From: a virus
Virus record (IMG/VR): IMGVR_UViG_3300030329_005017
Span: 4,914-68,913 of that record
Direction: 5' to 3' (one strand)
DNA length: 64,000 nt
How positions within the stretch are numbered: position 1 is the first letter of the stretch; the number at the start of each line of letters is the position of its first letter. This document shows positions 20,349-30,449 of the stretch, one piece after another. The position numbers and the translations under genes are program-made. A model generated the notes under the pieces. That model saw only the letters and a list, made by a program, of their open reading frames with translations. It had not been told where the DNA came from and ran no database searches.

Positions 20349-22272
20349 TGACATTCTAGTAGAAGCTACTATATTGGGAATGATGAGTGAGGCTTCTAGT
20401 TATGAAGATTTTGTAAATCAAAAGATGCCTGGATTAGATAACAAACAGGTTAAGGTTGGTACTGCCTTAACATATAAGACTCATAAAGATTTTAATCAGC
20501 GCCAAGATAAGCAAAAAGTATATATGGACGCAGTGCAGAATCTACAAAGCGGTATTGAAAGCGGTCAAATAAAGAAAAGTCAAGTGCCCGATGAATACTC
20601 TGCAGAACTAAAAAGAAAATCGGCTGAACCTACCAAAGATACTGATAAGAAAGAAAAAGAGAAAGATTCGGCTCGGGCTGATCAATCAACTGATGATTCT
20701 GATTTTGCAAAAGTTGCCGACGATCCACCACAGAAGGATACCGACAAGAAAAAAGATAAAAATAAAGATTCCGATGGTCGCAGAATGATTGGGGATAAGG
20801 ATAAAACCTTAAGGGATGTCGATAGCACAACAACAGAAGAGTTTCAAAGAGAATTAGAGCCAAGTGATGAAGAGTTTGAAAAGAGAAACAAAAAGTTTGC
20901 CAATCCCATACCACCACCTGCATACAAAGCGCCAGAGGGTCTTTTAGATAATCCCAACTTTCCTAAAAAGTATGTAAAGGCACTTGAGAGATTAATAAAT
21001 ACTCAACCAATTGGTGATGCAAAAAGGTGGGGTCATTATAGTGACATTCCTGGCGGAGCAGGTAGGGTTCAAGCTCAGGCTGGCGAGCTAATGACGATGA
21101 TGGGCGCCTCTATGAGTGATGAAGATTTTGAAACATTTATTAATTCCATAGATAGTCATGTTGATGAGTTAGTTGATAAGAATCCAAACATGAAAAAAGA
21201 TAGTACTAGATCGGTACCGAAGAGCTGGGTCAAATCAGCTGTAAATAATAGACAAGCTATTCTAAATAGAGTCAGAGAAGAATATCCCGATGCTGAAATA
21301 GTAGCTACTTCATGGGACACCAAAGATGATGTTGAAGCCTTGGGGCTAGATGACTATGAGAAAAATAAGGGTTTTTCTACAGACATGTACATGAAAATAA
21401 GAACCGCTGATGGCGATGTTTTGGATGAAATATCTTTGAAGAAAGATGTGAATGTTAACTTCCTCAATGCAGGTACTGGAAGTTTTTCAAAATGGGATCC
21501 GGACTTACCCGATGAGATAAATCCAAATGTATATGCGCGTACCCAAAGAGAAAATCTAGCTAAAACAGGTAAAAAATTAAGTGGTAGTATTGAAAAGTTA
21601 TTATCTAGCGGCAAGAATACTCCAGAGATAAAGGCGTTTAAGGCGCTAATGAAATCGAAGAAAATAGATTTTTCTCAAGCTTTAGAAGATACAATGGCAG
21701 GCAAGGGAAGTAGAGCCAAGTCCAATGTGGTACAGTCAGGCATAGCAGCTATGGCCGCGGCCGGCAATAAAGATGCACAAAAATTTATGAAGGGAGTTGA
21801 TAGTAGACATAGAGCATATAATGCGGCAGCTATAGAAGCTATTGTTAGTAATGACAAACTAAAAGAAGGAATGCTAAAAGAGATTAGATCAGAGTTTCCG
21901 TTAAAAGCCGTTGGCGAAGGCGAAGAAACTATGGCTATTGGAGATCTATCATTGGATAGAGCGACAATGAGAAACATATTTGGAACTGATGATTTCGACA
22001 CAATAAAACAAAGACTTTCCGCTGAGCCAGGTCCACCACCTTATTTGTCCTATAAGGCAGGCCCAGAAGGTGATATAATTCCATTAGCTGAAATAGTAGT
22101 GCGTGAAGACGGAGTTGGGTATGGTGCCAACTTTAAGTTTGAAATGACATTAGATAAAAGGTTTGCTAAAAAATTAAGAGAAGCCAACGAAGCGGTTTAT
22201 GGCGGAAGCAAGAATGAATCAGTAGTATATGATCACATACAAACCCTGTTAGAAATGGCAAGGCAGGTTTAG
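20332..22272 (+). CDS. Hypothetical protein with PD-(D/E)xK-like nuclease motif, possibly head-packaged
   Basis: AGELMT...STDMYMK...DEISLKK motif, K/D-rich linker, ILVE and LLE motifs near the termini. Confidence 0.45.
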   Translation: MNKVIDDILVEATILGMMSEASSYEDFVNQKMPGLDNKQVKVGTALTYKTHKDFNQRQDKQKVYMDAVQNLQSGIESGQIKKSQVPDEYSAELKRKSAEPTKDTDKKEKEKDSARADQSTDDSDFAKVADDPPQKDTDKKKDKNKDSDGRRMIGDKDKTLRDVDSTTTEEFQRELEPSDEEFEKRNKKFANPIPPPAYKAPEGLLDNPNFPKKYVKALERLINTQPIGDAKRWGHYSDIPGGAGRVQAQAGELMTMMGASMSDEDFETFINSIDSHVDELVDKNPNMKKDSTRSVPKSWVKSAVNNRQAILNRVREEYPDAEIVATSWDTKDDVEALGLDDYEKNKGFSTDMYMKIRTADGDVLDEISLKKDVNVNFLNAGTGSFSKWDPDLPDEINPNVYARTQRENLAKTGKKLSGSIEKLLSSGKNTPEIKAFKALMKSKKIDFSQALEDTMAGKGSRAKSNVVQSGIAAMAAAGNKDAQKFMKGVDSRHRAYNAAAIEAIVSNDKLKEGMLKEIRSEFPLKAVGEGEETMAIGDLSLDRATMRNIFGTDDFDTIKQRLSAEPGPPPYLSYKAGPEGDIIPLAEIVVREDGVGYGANFKFEMTLDKRFAKKLREANEAVYGGSKNESVVYDHIQTLLEMARQV

Positions 22273-22317
22273 TATTATGACCTTTTTTATTAATATTATT
22301 CAAGAAAGGTTTTTGAT

Positions 22318-22743
22318 ATGGAGCAGATAAGTGACACACTATTGTTAGCCACTTTCTGTAAGGCTCGTAATGTTAAATCTACTATTGATTTGATTACCGA
22401 CAGTTTTGAAGTTGTTGGTGGCAAGATTTTTATTTTACAGGATGAGTCAGACAGATATAAAAAAATACTTACCTACAATATTGTTAAAGACGAAGTAGTA
22501 TTTTCGGACGTTATTAAGAACACCATTTCATTGCATCGTAAGAAGGAAGTCAATTCTTTATATACGCTTAATGCTTTAAATGAAGTAGTGAAGATTCAAA
22601 ATAATGGCGTGCTTGATTCTAAGTTTTCAGTTGAATGGGAAGACTATAGAAATACTTTGTTAGTAACATACAAAGAAGAGGATGGCGAACAAAAGCTTAG
22701 GAGAATAAACACAAGGCTTATTAGTGTTGTAAATATTGATTAA
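22318..22743 (+). CDS. Conserved large-phage hypothetical protein
   Basis: TISLHRKKEVNSLYTLNALN...NNGVLD...WEDYRN is recalled from large-phage proteins. Function unknown. Confidence 0.6.
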   Translation: MEQISDTLLLATFCKARNVKSTIDLITDSFEVVGGKIFILQDESDRYKKILTYNIVKDEVVFSDVIKNTISLHRKKEVNSLYTLNALNEVVKIQNNGVLDSKFSVEWEDYRNTLLVTYKEEDGEQKLRRINTRLISVVNID

Positions 22744-22766
22744 AGGTTTTTTAGAAAGGTTTTTTA

Positions 22767-25274
22767 ATGGGCAAGAAGAAGAAAAAGAATAAGTCTCGCC
22801 GTGCGCAGGTTGCCAGACCTGTTGCTACTTCAACTTCAAATTTCTCTAAAGATACATTAGTTAGTGTTATTCTTATTGCTGAGTCTGTAGATGATGATGG
22901 TCTATATACAGTAATCAAGAATGTCGTAGAAGAGCAAACTCATAAGAAGATTGATTTGATTGTTTCTTCTTTTAGAGAAGAAGAAGAGTGCAAAGATATC
23001 ATGGAGCGCGCTTCTAAACTACATTTGGATGTTCGGTGGGTATTTCATAAGCCAGAGAATAACTTTATTGATCCTTTGTCAGCATTGGCTGAAGGTGAAG
23101 TTGTTTTTTATAAGACTACAAATAACTGTTTGTGGTTTCCTCGACACATTCAAGTTCATCTCGACAACTATAACAAAGATAGTGGTTACGGCTTCTCTCT
23201 GAGTAGGATAGAGCAGAGAAACCTTGATAACCCCGATAGCCCTTATTCTACTCTATCTTGGCGTATTGCGAATGTGCCAGAGATTGAGCATATTATTATT
23301 GATGAAATAAGTCATATCGGTCATGTTGAAACTGATTGGGGTCAGTGCTTAAGAGATAACAAAGGACAACCTGTTTTCTTTGCCGGTCTTGTATTGAAGC
23401 AATGGATTGGTGATAAGAAGTTGCGCGGAGGTATTCCCGATGAAATTACAGTTATCGAATGGAAGAGCCGCCACGAAGAAGGACAGCAACCCAATCAACC
23501 CGACATGGAAGAGCTTTATGGGCAAGTTGCACCACCCGAAAGAACAGAGCCTGAAGAAGAGGTAATCGAAACCGAAGAAGGGTTGGAGATTAAATATAAC
23601 TTTCCAACTATTATGGGTAGTGTTCATCACAATGAATATTGTGATAAGATTATGGACATTGTTAATAACCAAGATACTATTGAAAGTATTGCTCTTAAGA
23701 GAACAATGGGTATGGGTGATGTTATTTTGGTTGAGCCTATTATTAAGAAGCTCAAGGAGAAGTGGAACGCACCTGTTACTCTTTATACTGGTAAGGCTGA
23801 TATAGTTGAGTATTTTAAGAATAAACCAGATAAGGTTGAGACTATTGATGAAGAAATGGTAGTCAAGGATGGGTTGCATGATAAGCCTGAGCAGTTGAAG
23901 ATAGACTTAGACTTGTCTTATGAGAGTCGTTTAAACTGCCAGTTTGTAGATGCCTATAGTAGAGTTGCAGGTATTGAGTTTGAAGATGTAAAAGATAAAC
24001 ACCCACAACTTGTTTGCGCTGATGACCCAATCATTACTGATAAGAAGTATGTAGTAGTTGGTGCTGATGGTAGTGGTTGGCCTGGCAAGTCATGGCCTGT
24101 TGAAAAGTATGCTGAAGTTATTGACTATGTAAGAAGTATGGGTTATGAAGTTTATGAGACAGGTTACGAAGTTACTGATAGAACAGACAAAACCTATCAT
24201 GCTTGTGATTTAAAAACAGCAGTTAATCTATTAGCTCATTGTGAGTTTTATATTGGCGCTGACAATGGAAACATTCATATCGCTCGTAGTTTTAATAAAC
24301 CATGTGTAGCTATTAATGGAGCAGCATTGACATATCTTTCTAATCCAAATAGAGATGATATTATTTATGTAGAAGATCCAAGCAATGGTGGTTATGGAAT
24401 CAAGCATCGCCAGTTCTTCAATCTTACAGAGCAGGGAATAACATTCGTCCCTCTGTTTGAAGAAGATCCATCCAGTGGTTTGAATAATGTTGAAGTGTCT
24501 CATGTTACTGACGCTATTGATAAACTATTTTCTACTCAAGAAGGTCGTAAGTTTTCAATGAATATATCGGGTTCTATTTCGCAAAAAGATAAGATTCCCG
24601 GCTTCGCTTATTACAAAGATGAAACTGGCACCTATCATCGCGAGAATCCTGCTTATCATCCCGATCAAAGAATCAATATCTCTATGGTCTATGAAGAGCA
24701 AAAAGATCAGATATGGGAAAACAACTTTGAAAGCATCCATGATGAAATTAAAACTCAGTGGAACGGCAACCCACAACAGCCAACTATTTTGGATTTAGGT
24801 TGTAATATGGGTATCTTTATTAATGGTATGTATGAGAAAGGCTTTACTGATGTTACGGGCTATGATATTAATAGAATGTCGATAGATAGAGGTAAAGAGG
24901 TTTATAAAAATATTTCTGATAAGTTGATTGTAAAAGATGTGAGCGGCACTATTGAAGAGGAAGAAAAGTATGATGTGATATTGGCAAGCGACATTATTAG
25001 CTATGTAGGCTCACCTAGCGACACTATCGCCAACATTAGCAAGCTACTCAAACAAGATGGCGTGTGTTACTTAAACTCCATTATTATTGATAGTGATAGA
25101 TTTGAGCAAGATCCAAGAGGATATCCTCCGGTTGGCAACGGTGAGCACATAACCTTATTCACTTCTGATGGTTTAAAGAAGATACTTGCTGATAATGGAT
25201 TAATACAAGAAAAGTATGGTGAGTGGGACAGCGATGATGAACAGATGATTTTTTGGAGGTTGAAGAAAGGATAA
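22767..25274 (+). CDS. Multidomain glycosyltransferase: GT-A-like + GT9 (heptosyltransferase-like) + SAM methyltransferase
   Basis: GT9 motifs LKRTMGMGDVIL, KSWPVEKY, YIGADNGNIHIA. Methyltransferase motifs ILDLGCNMG, VTGYDIN, YDVI. Confidence 0.8.
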   Translation: MGKKKKKNKSRRAQVARPVATSTSNFSKDTLVSVILIAESVDDDGLYTVIKNVVEEQTHKKIDLIVSSFREEEECKDIMERASKLHLDVRWVFHKPENNFIDPLSALAEGEVVFYKTTNNCLWFPRHIQVHLDNYNKDSGYGFSLSRIEQRNLDNPDSPYSTLSWRIANVPEIEHIIIDEISHIGHVETDWGQCLRDNKGQPVFFAGLVLKQWIGDKKLRGGIPDEITVIEWKSRHEEGQQPNQPDMEELYGQVAPPERTEPEEEVIETEEGLEIKYNFPTIMGSVHHNEYCDKIMDIVNNQDTIESIALKRTMGMGDVILVEPIIKKLKEKWNAPVTLYTGKADIVEYFKNKPDKVETIDEEMVVKDGLHDKPEQLKIDLDLSYESRLNCQFVDAYSRVAGIEFEDVKDKHPQLVCADDPIITDKKYVVVGADGSGWPGKSWPVEKYAEVIDYVRSMGYEVYETGYEVTDRTDKTYHACDLKTAVNLLAHCEFYIGADNGNIHIARSFNKPCVAINGAALTYLSNPNRDDIIYVEDPSNGGYGIKHRQFFNLTEQGITFVPLFEEDPSSGLNNVEVSHVTDAIDKLFSTQEGRKFSMNISGSISQKDKIPGFAYYKDETGTYHRENPAYHPDQRINISMVYEEQKDQIWENNFESIHDEIKTQWNGNPQQPTILDLGCNMGIFINGMYEKGFTDVTGYDINRMSIDRGKEVYKNISDKLIVKDVSGTIEEEEKYDVILASDIISYVGSPSDTIANISKLLKQDGVCYLNSIIIDSDRFEQDPRGYPPVGNGEHITLFTSDGLKKILADNGLIQEKYGEWDSDDEQMIFWRLKKG

Positions 25275-25277
25275 ATA

Positions 25278-25724
25278 ATGACTGCAGGTTATTTGTTGGA
25301 TTTATTTATTATCAATCAAGTTCGCAAAGAAGAGCTTGGTAATAAGATTGATGGAGAAGTCAAACAGGATTTAATGAAACAAGATGGCCATCTTCTAAAA
25401 GAGATTGGCAAAATGTTGATTGAAGTTGCGGACGGAAAGAGACCAGGGATCTTTGCGAAGCATAAAGTTTATGATCAGGGTGTTGGTGAAATGGACAACG
25501 ATAATTTAATCCTAACATTATATAAGCTTTATGAACGACATAGAGAGCTATGGTATTTAGAAGACCTTCGGCGCGATCTAAATAATAGCGATAAAACCAG
25601 ATTGGACGCTTGCGACAGGGTTAGTATCGCAAACAAAAAGCGAAATGATTTGGTAGAGAATGTTGATCGTATTATCAATAATCGTTTGAAGCAAACTAAA
25701 ATATGGGGAACTACATCCGAATGA
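25278..25724 (+). CDS. DUF4254-like helical protein
   Basis: LWYLEDLRR...NKKRNDLVENVD pattern, often found beside heptosyltransferases. Confidence 0.6.
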   Translation: MTAGYLLDLFIINQVRKEELGNKIDGEVKQDLMKQDGHLLKEIGKMLIEVADGKRPGIFAKHKVYDQGVGEMDNDNLILTLYKLYERHRELWYLEDLRRDLNNSDKTRLDACDRVSIANKKRNDLVENVDRIINNRLKQTKIWGTTSE

Positions 25725-26644
25725 AAAAAGTAGCGGTCACTGGCTCTAATGGGCAGCTTGTTTCTGATCTAATAAATGTGTTATCTTTTGGAGAGCATTG
25801 TGAGTATGAGGTATTTCCTTTCACAAGAGAAGAGTTAGACGTAACAGATGTTGAAAATGTAAGTTATGTTTTTGATGACTTGAATCCCGATGTTTGGGTT
25901 CAAGGCGCTTCTTATCATGTAGTTGAAGAAATTAATAATAACCCTGGTTTAGCAGCTGAAATAAATGTCGCTTCGCTTCATACCATTTCTAACTTGTGTA
26001 ATGAATACGACACTACTCTTATTAACTTCTCTACCAACTATGTTTTTGATGGCGGATATATGCCGGTTGAGGGTTTTAGAGCATTAGAGCATTACAATGA
26101 ACATGATGTTCCTAATCCTGTAAATCTTTATGGTATTTTAAAATATGCTGGCGAAAGAGTTGTGGCTACTACTGCTGAAAAGTATTACAATATTAGAGTA
26201 AGTGGCTTGTTTTCAAAGCAGGGTAGTAGAGCCAAAAATGGTAGGTGTTTCCCCAGTATTATTTTGAATGAGTTAGATAAGCAAGGTAGGGCTGATGTGG
26301 TTTCAGATCAAGTTATTAACCTTACATACACTCCCACGGCAGCCAAGTGGGTAGAGAAAATGATCAGAAAAGAAGGAGAAGATGTATATGGTCTTTATCA
26401 TTTAGTTAATAGGGGTGATGTTACTTGGTATGAAGCAGCTCAAGAAATAGGGGCACTTATAGGTAGGTTTGGTGATGTGTATCCCATAGAGAGTGGCGAG
26501 TTTTATTCAAACCTTAAGCGACCGTTGCATACACCCATGAATCCAACAAAGTTAGAAGATACATTTCAAGATGATAAAGATGACACCATTCCCTATTTGA
26601 GAGATGATTTAGCAAACTATTTAAAAGAAATAGGGAGAATGTAA
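25721..26644 (+). CDS. rmlD: dTDP-4-dehydrorhamnose reductase-like SDR
   Basis: VTGSNGQL, FSTNYVFDG, PVNLYGILKYAGE, VVSDQ. Start moved to the ATGA overlap at 25721. Confidence 0.85.
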   Translation: MKKVAVTGSNGQLVSDLINVLSFGEHCEYEVFPFTREELDVTDVENVSYVFDDLNPDVWVQGASYHVVEEINNNPGLAAEINVASLHTISNLCNEYDTTLINFSTNYVFDGGYMPVEGFRALEHYNEHDVPNPVNLYGILKYAGERVVATTAEKYYNIRVSGLFSKQGSRAKNGRCFPSIILNELDKQGRADVVSDQVINLTYTPTAAKWVEKMIRKEGEDVYGLYHLVNRGDVTWYEAAQEIGALIGRFGDVYPIESGEFYSNLKRPLHTPMNPTKLEDTFQDDKDDTIPYLRDDLANYLKEIGRM

Positions 26645-27873
26645 TGTTAGAAAAGATTCAAGAGTATATAAACTCTGGAACAAACATCTTTAATCCACAA
26701 GCTAAAATCATTGCTAACATAGATAATGTAATGGAGTTTTTGGAAACCAAAAATACTGCTCCAGTGTTGGTTGAGATCGATCCAAGTAATGCCTGTAATC
26801 ATGGATGTTACTTCTGTATTTCTTCATACATCCACCTGCCCGAATCTAAAGAGCTTGAAACATTTGATAGGTCTATCATGCCTAAAGAGATTTTGATGAG
26901 CGTATGCGAGGACTTGGTGGACATGGGAGTAAAAGCAGTTAACTGGACTGGCGGCGGCGAACCTACACTAAACCAACATCTTAAAGGCGCTATTCAGTAT
27001 ATGGGAAAAAATAATATTCCTATGGGTATGTTTACTAATGGCGCACTATTAGACAAGTTTGACTTGTTTGAAACACTTGTTAAAAATATGACTTGGGTTA
27101 GAATATCCGTAGATGCTGGCACAGCAGAAACCTACAACCATATTAGAAGACCAGGACGTGGGCAAGATTGGAATAAGATGCGACAGAATCTTACACGTTT
27201 AATAGATACCAATAATGAGCATGGTAAGAAAATAGACATTGGTGTAGGTATGGTTATTACGCCAGACACTTATACAGAGATAGTAGATTACGCAAATGCG
27301 TTTAAGGATTTTGATTTAGATTATTGCCAGTTCAAACCAGAGATTGTAAATCGTGAAAGAGAAGAAGGTATTCAGCGGGATGTTGATTTTTGGAACGAAA
27401 AGGTTGAGCCATTAGTTGAAGAAGCTAGAGATATATTAGGTGACAAGTTTCAAATGAATGGCTACAAGATTACTGACTTGGGTGAAGATCCAGAACTTTT
27501 TGGCAGGCACTATAAGAAGTGTTTAGGTTCCCAGATACAACCCTGTATTGGTGCTGATGGTCATGTTTATGTTTGCCCTAACCAGCGAGGATATAAACAG
27601 TATAGTTATGGCTCGTTACATGATGCCAGCTTCTATGACATTTGGAATGATTTGCAGGCTCGTCAAGCAGTAATGCATCAAATAGATGATGTAGAATGTT
27701 TTAAGTTTTGCACACAACTCTGTAAGCCACACGAATCTAATAAGATGGTTTGGTATCTATATGAAGAACATAGTAAGGTAAAGACGGAAGAAGATAAACA
27801 GCAATTCAAGAGTATTCTGAATGAGGCAAAAGAAAAAGTTTCGGGCTCTATAAAGCATAAAGAGTTTATTTAA
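26644..27873 (+). CDS. Radical SAM enzyme with SPASM/Twitch domain
   Basis: CNHGCYFC, TGGGEP, RISVDAG, C-terminal C...IGADGHVYVC...C. Confidence 0.9.
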   Translation: MLEKIQEYINSGTNIFNPQAKIIANIDNVMEFLETKNTAPVLVEIDPSNACNHGCYFCISSYIHLPESKELETFDRSIMPKEILMSVCEDLVDMGVKAVNWTGGGEPTLNQHLKGAIQYMGKNNIPMGMFTNGALLDKFDLFETLVKNMTWVRISVDAGTAETYNHIRRPGRGQDWNKMRQNLTRLIDTNNEHGKKIDIGVGMVITPDTYTEIVDYANAFKDFDLDYCQFKPEIVNREREEGIQRDVDFWNEKVEPLVEEARDILGDKFQMNGYKITDLGEDPELFGRHYKKCLGSQIQPCIGADGHVYVCPNQRGYKQYSYGSLHDASFYDIWNDLQARQAVMHQIDDVECFKFCTQLCKPHESNKMVWYLYEEHSKVKTEEDKQQFKSILNEAKEKVSGSIKHKEFI

Positions 27874-27918
27874 GTTTGCCTTTTTATTAAGATAAGTATC
27901 ACTAATATGTAAAGGAGA

Positions 27919-28371
27919 ATGGTTATGATGCGTTGGGTATTCGACCTTGATAACACACTTGTTAATACAAAAGGTAGCGATTACGAAAACAGCACGCCTA
28001 TTCCCGAAGCTATTGCCAAGGTAAGAGGATATAAAGATCGAGGCGATCATATTATTATTATGACAGCCAGAGGTTCGGGTAGTAAGGTAGATTGGAGAGA
28101 TTTTACTGAGAAGCAACTCAACAAGTTTGGTATTCCATACGATCAGCTTATTGTTGGTTTGAAGCCCGGCGGCGTGGATGTGTTCGTAGATGACAAAGCA
28201 ATCAACGCTTTGGACTGGCTGGCGGATGAAGAAAGAGCTTTGAGTAGAGTAGAAACGAAAGAGCATAAGAAGGGCGTTCAGCTTTTCGATCCTTTCTTCC
28301 CTTATGCTAAAAGCATTTTTGATGAGTTGGGTGTTGATCCCGATGATTACCCAAAGAAGAGAGATGACTAA
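27919..28371 (+). CDS. HAD-superfamily phosphatase (capsule-biosynthesis phosphatase-like)
   Basis: FDLDNTL, TARG, KP, VDDKA. Confidence 0.85.
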   Translation: MVMMRWVFDLDNTLVNTKGSDYENSTPIPEAIAKVRGYKDRGDHIIIMTARGSGSKVDWRDFTEKQLNKFGIPYDQLIVGLKPGGVDVFVDDKAINALDWLADEERALSRVETKEHKKGVQLFDPFFPYAKSIFDELGVDPDDYPKKRDD

Positions 28372-28922
28372 TGGCACAAGCAGCAACTGACATGAAACAT
28401 GGTGGCAGATTCCACATGGATGATAGAGGAATCCGATACTGCGACATTTTTCCGGAAATCGGTAAGGGAGATATAAATGTTTCTGTCATTGAGCCTGAAG
28501 CAGCTGCTATGTGGCATAGACATAGACAGCAAGCTGATTATCAGTTGGTTATAAAGGGTTCGCTAAAAATTGGTATGTGTAATATGCCTAACACTGGTTT
28601 TGATTTTTTTCGACCAGATGATGTTGTGAAATCCATAGAAGATTATCAAGCCCCCTTTGTGGCGGAATGGCCGCAAATTAAAGAAAAATATGGACTAGAT
28701 GATTGGAGTGACGAGCCAGAAGTTAGGTGGCATTATTTGAGTGAAAGAAACGCTAATGATGGAGCTTTGTATATCCCCACTGGTTTGTGGCACGGCTGTT
28801 ATAACTATACCAACGAACCTGCTATACTTATCTATCACATCACTAATAAGTATGATGGGACGGATGAAGAAAGAATGAGTCCCTATATGGCAATGTGGGA
28901 TTATGAGAGAAAAGATCATTAA
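28371..28922 (+). CDS. RmlC-like cupin sugar epimerase
   Basis: DDRG, WHRHRQQADY, LYIPTGLWHG. Confidence 0.8.
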   Translation: MAQAATDMKHGGRFHMDDRGIRYCDIFPEIGKGDINVSVIEPEAAAMWHRHRQQADYQLVIKGSLKIGMCNMPNTGFDFFRPDDVVKSIEDYQAPFVAEWPQIKEKYGLDDWSDEPEVRWHYLSERNANDGALYIPTGLWHGCYNYTNEPAILIYHITNKYDGTDEERMSPYMAMWDYERKDH

Positions 28923-29968
28923 TGGTTGATCATTTTTTAGGTGGTGATATTACACACGCTGACGGTGATGTTTATCTTGTAACTGGCTCGCATGGTCACA
29001 TTGGAAGCTATATTGTAGAAGAGCTTTGCAAAACAAGAGACAACATACAAATAATCTGTGTTGATAATCTTTACAACGGTATGGTTGATAACCTAAAAAA
29101 ATCAATGTCTATTGCTCAAGAAAGTAATATTTCTATAGTTCCAGTGTTGGCAGATATTACTGATGAATCATTGATGAGAGAGACATTCTCTAAGTATCGT
29201 CCAGATTATGTTTTTCATTGTGCGTCCTATCTTACTTTGGATTCTAACAAATATAAAAGCCGAAGCGTTAAAGTCAATGTGTATGGTGGGGCTTTGTTAT
29301 TTGAATTGTGTTTGGAGTTTGATGTTAATAAGGTTGTGTATAGTTCTTCTGCTTCTGTTTATGGCACTCCTACATTAACCCCCACAAAAGAAGATTATCC
29401 TTTTGATGATTGTGTATTATTATATGGAACATCTAAGGTTGGATTAGAATACATTGCTAAGTCCTTTATGGATTTTGGCTTAAACATTGTGGGCTTAAGA
29501 TATTTCAATGTCTATGGTCCTCGACAAAGTTTATCTAATGTCTATACACAAATCGTTCCCAAATGGATTAATGCTATTGCTAACGGCGAAACCATTACTA
29601 TCTATGGTGATGGAAAACAAACAATGGATATGATTTTTGGGGCTGATATTGGTAGAGCTAATGTTGCGGCATTGAATAATGATGAGTGTAAAAATATGTT
29701 TATCAATGTAGGCACAGGATTCCAAACTTCTGTTATTAATCTGTTTGAAATGATTTCTTATAGAATGAAAAAACTAATGGGAGATGGTGTTACTATTGAT
29801 GTTAAGTATGAAGATCATGATCCCAATCTTGTAAAAAGAAGATGTGCGGATGTAGAGAAAATGCACAAGTATCTCTGTTTTCCGGAAGTAAGTGTTGATC
29901 ATGGTATTGACTTAACTTGTAAAGAGCTTTACAAAAGAGCTACTGAATGGCAATCTCATAATGGCTAA
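28922..29968 (+). CDS. NAD-dependent NDP-sugar epimerase/dehydratase
   Basis: TGSHGHIG, SSSASVYG, YGTSK, LRYFNVYGPRQ. Confidence 0.9.
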   Translation: MVDHFLGGDITHADGDVYLVTGSHGHIGSYIVEELCKTRDNIQIICVDNLYNGMVDNLKKSMSIAQESNISIVPVLADITDESLMRETFSKYRPDYVFHCASYLTLDSNKYKSRSVKVNVYGGALLFELCLEFDVNKVVYSSSASVYGTPTLTPTKEDYPFDDCVLLYGTSKVGLEYIAKSFMDFGLNIVGLRYFNVYGPRQSLSNVYTQIVPKWINAIANGETITIYGDGKQTMDMIFGADIGRANVAALNNDECKNMFINVGTGFQTSVINLFEMISYRMKKLMGDGVTIDVKYEDHDPNLVKRRCADVEKMHKYLCFPEVSVDHGIDLTCKELYKRATEWQSHNG

Positions 29969-30443
29969 TTTGATTTTTAGGTTTGGAAAAGATAATTTAG
30001 ATGGATTAGAAAATTGTGTCTTTACAAATGGTTGTTTTGATATTCTTCATCGTGGTCACATAGAGTTATTGAAGTTTGCTTATAGACACTCAATAATGGG
30101 TCGGCCAGCAGTTCTTGGTGTAAATGATGATAAAACCATTAGAGAGCTAAAAGGCCCAGATAGACCTGCTATGAAAGAAGAAGATAGGTTGGCTGTTTTA
30201 GGGGCTATAAAGTGGGTAGATTATATTGTAGTTTTTGATACCAAAAGTGTATTTCCCGTAATAGAGGCATTAAAACCTAGTGTGCTGGTTAAGGGAGGCA
30301 ACTACTCAAAGAAAGCTTGTGCAGAAACAGATAGAATAGTAGGAGAAGAATACGTTGAAAGTTATGGTGGCAAGGTAATAACAGCACCATTGATAGAAGG
30401 CATTTCATCTACAAAGATAATAAATAAAATTAGAAAGGCTTAA
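29961..30443 (+). CDS. Heptose-1-phosphate adenylyltransferase (RfaE domain II / HldC-like)
   Basis: FTNGCFDILHRGH, LKGPDRP, VKGGNY, GISSTKII. Confidence 0.85.
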   Translation: MANLIFRFGKDNLDGLENCVFTNGCFDILHRGHIELLKFAYRHSIMGRPAVLGVNDDKTIRELKGPDRPAMKEEDRLAVLGAIKWVDYIVVFDTKSVFPVIEALKPSVLVKGGNYSKKACAETDRIVGEEYVESYGGKVITAPLIEGISSTKIINKIRKA

Positions 30444-30449
30444 TAGGTT

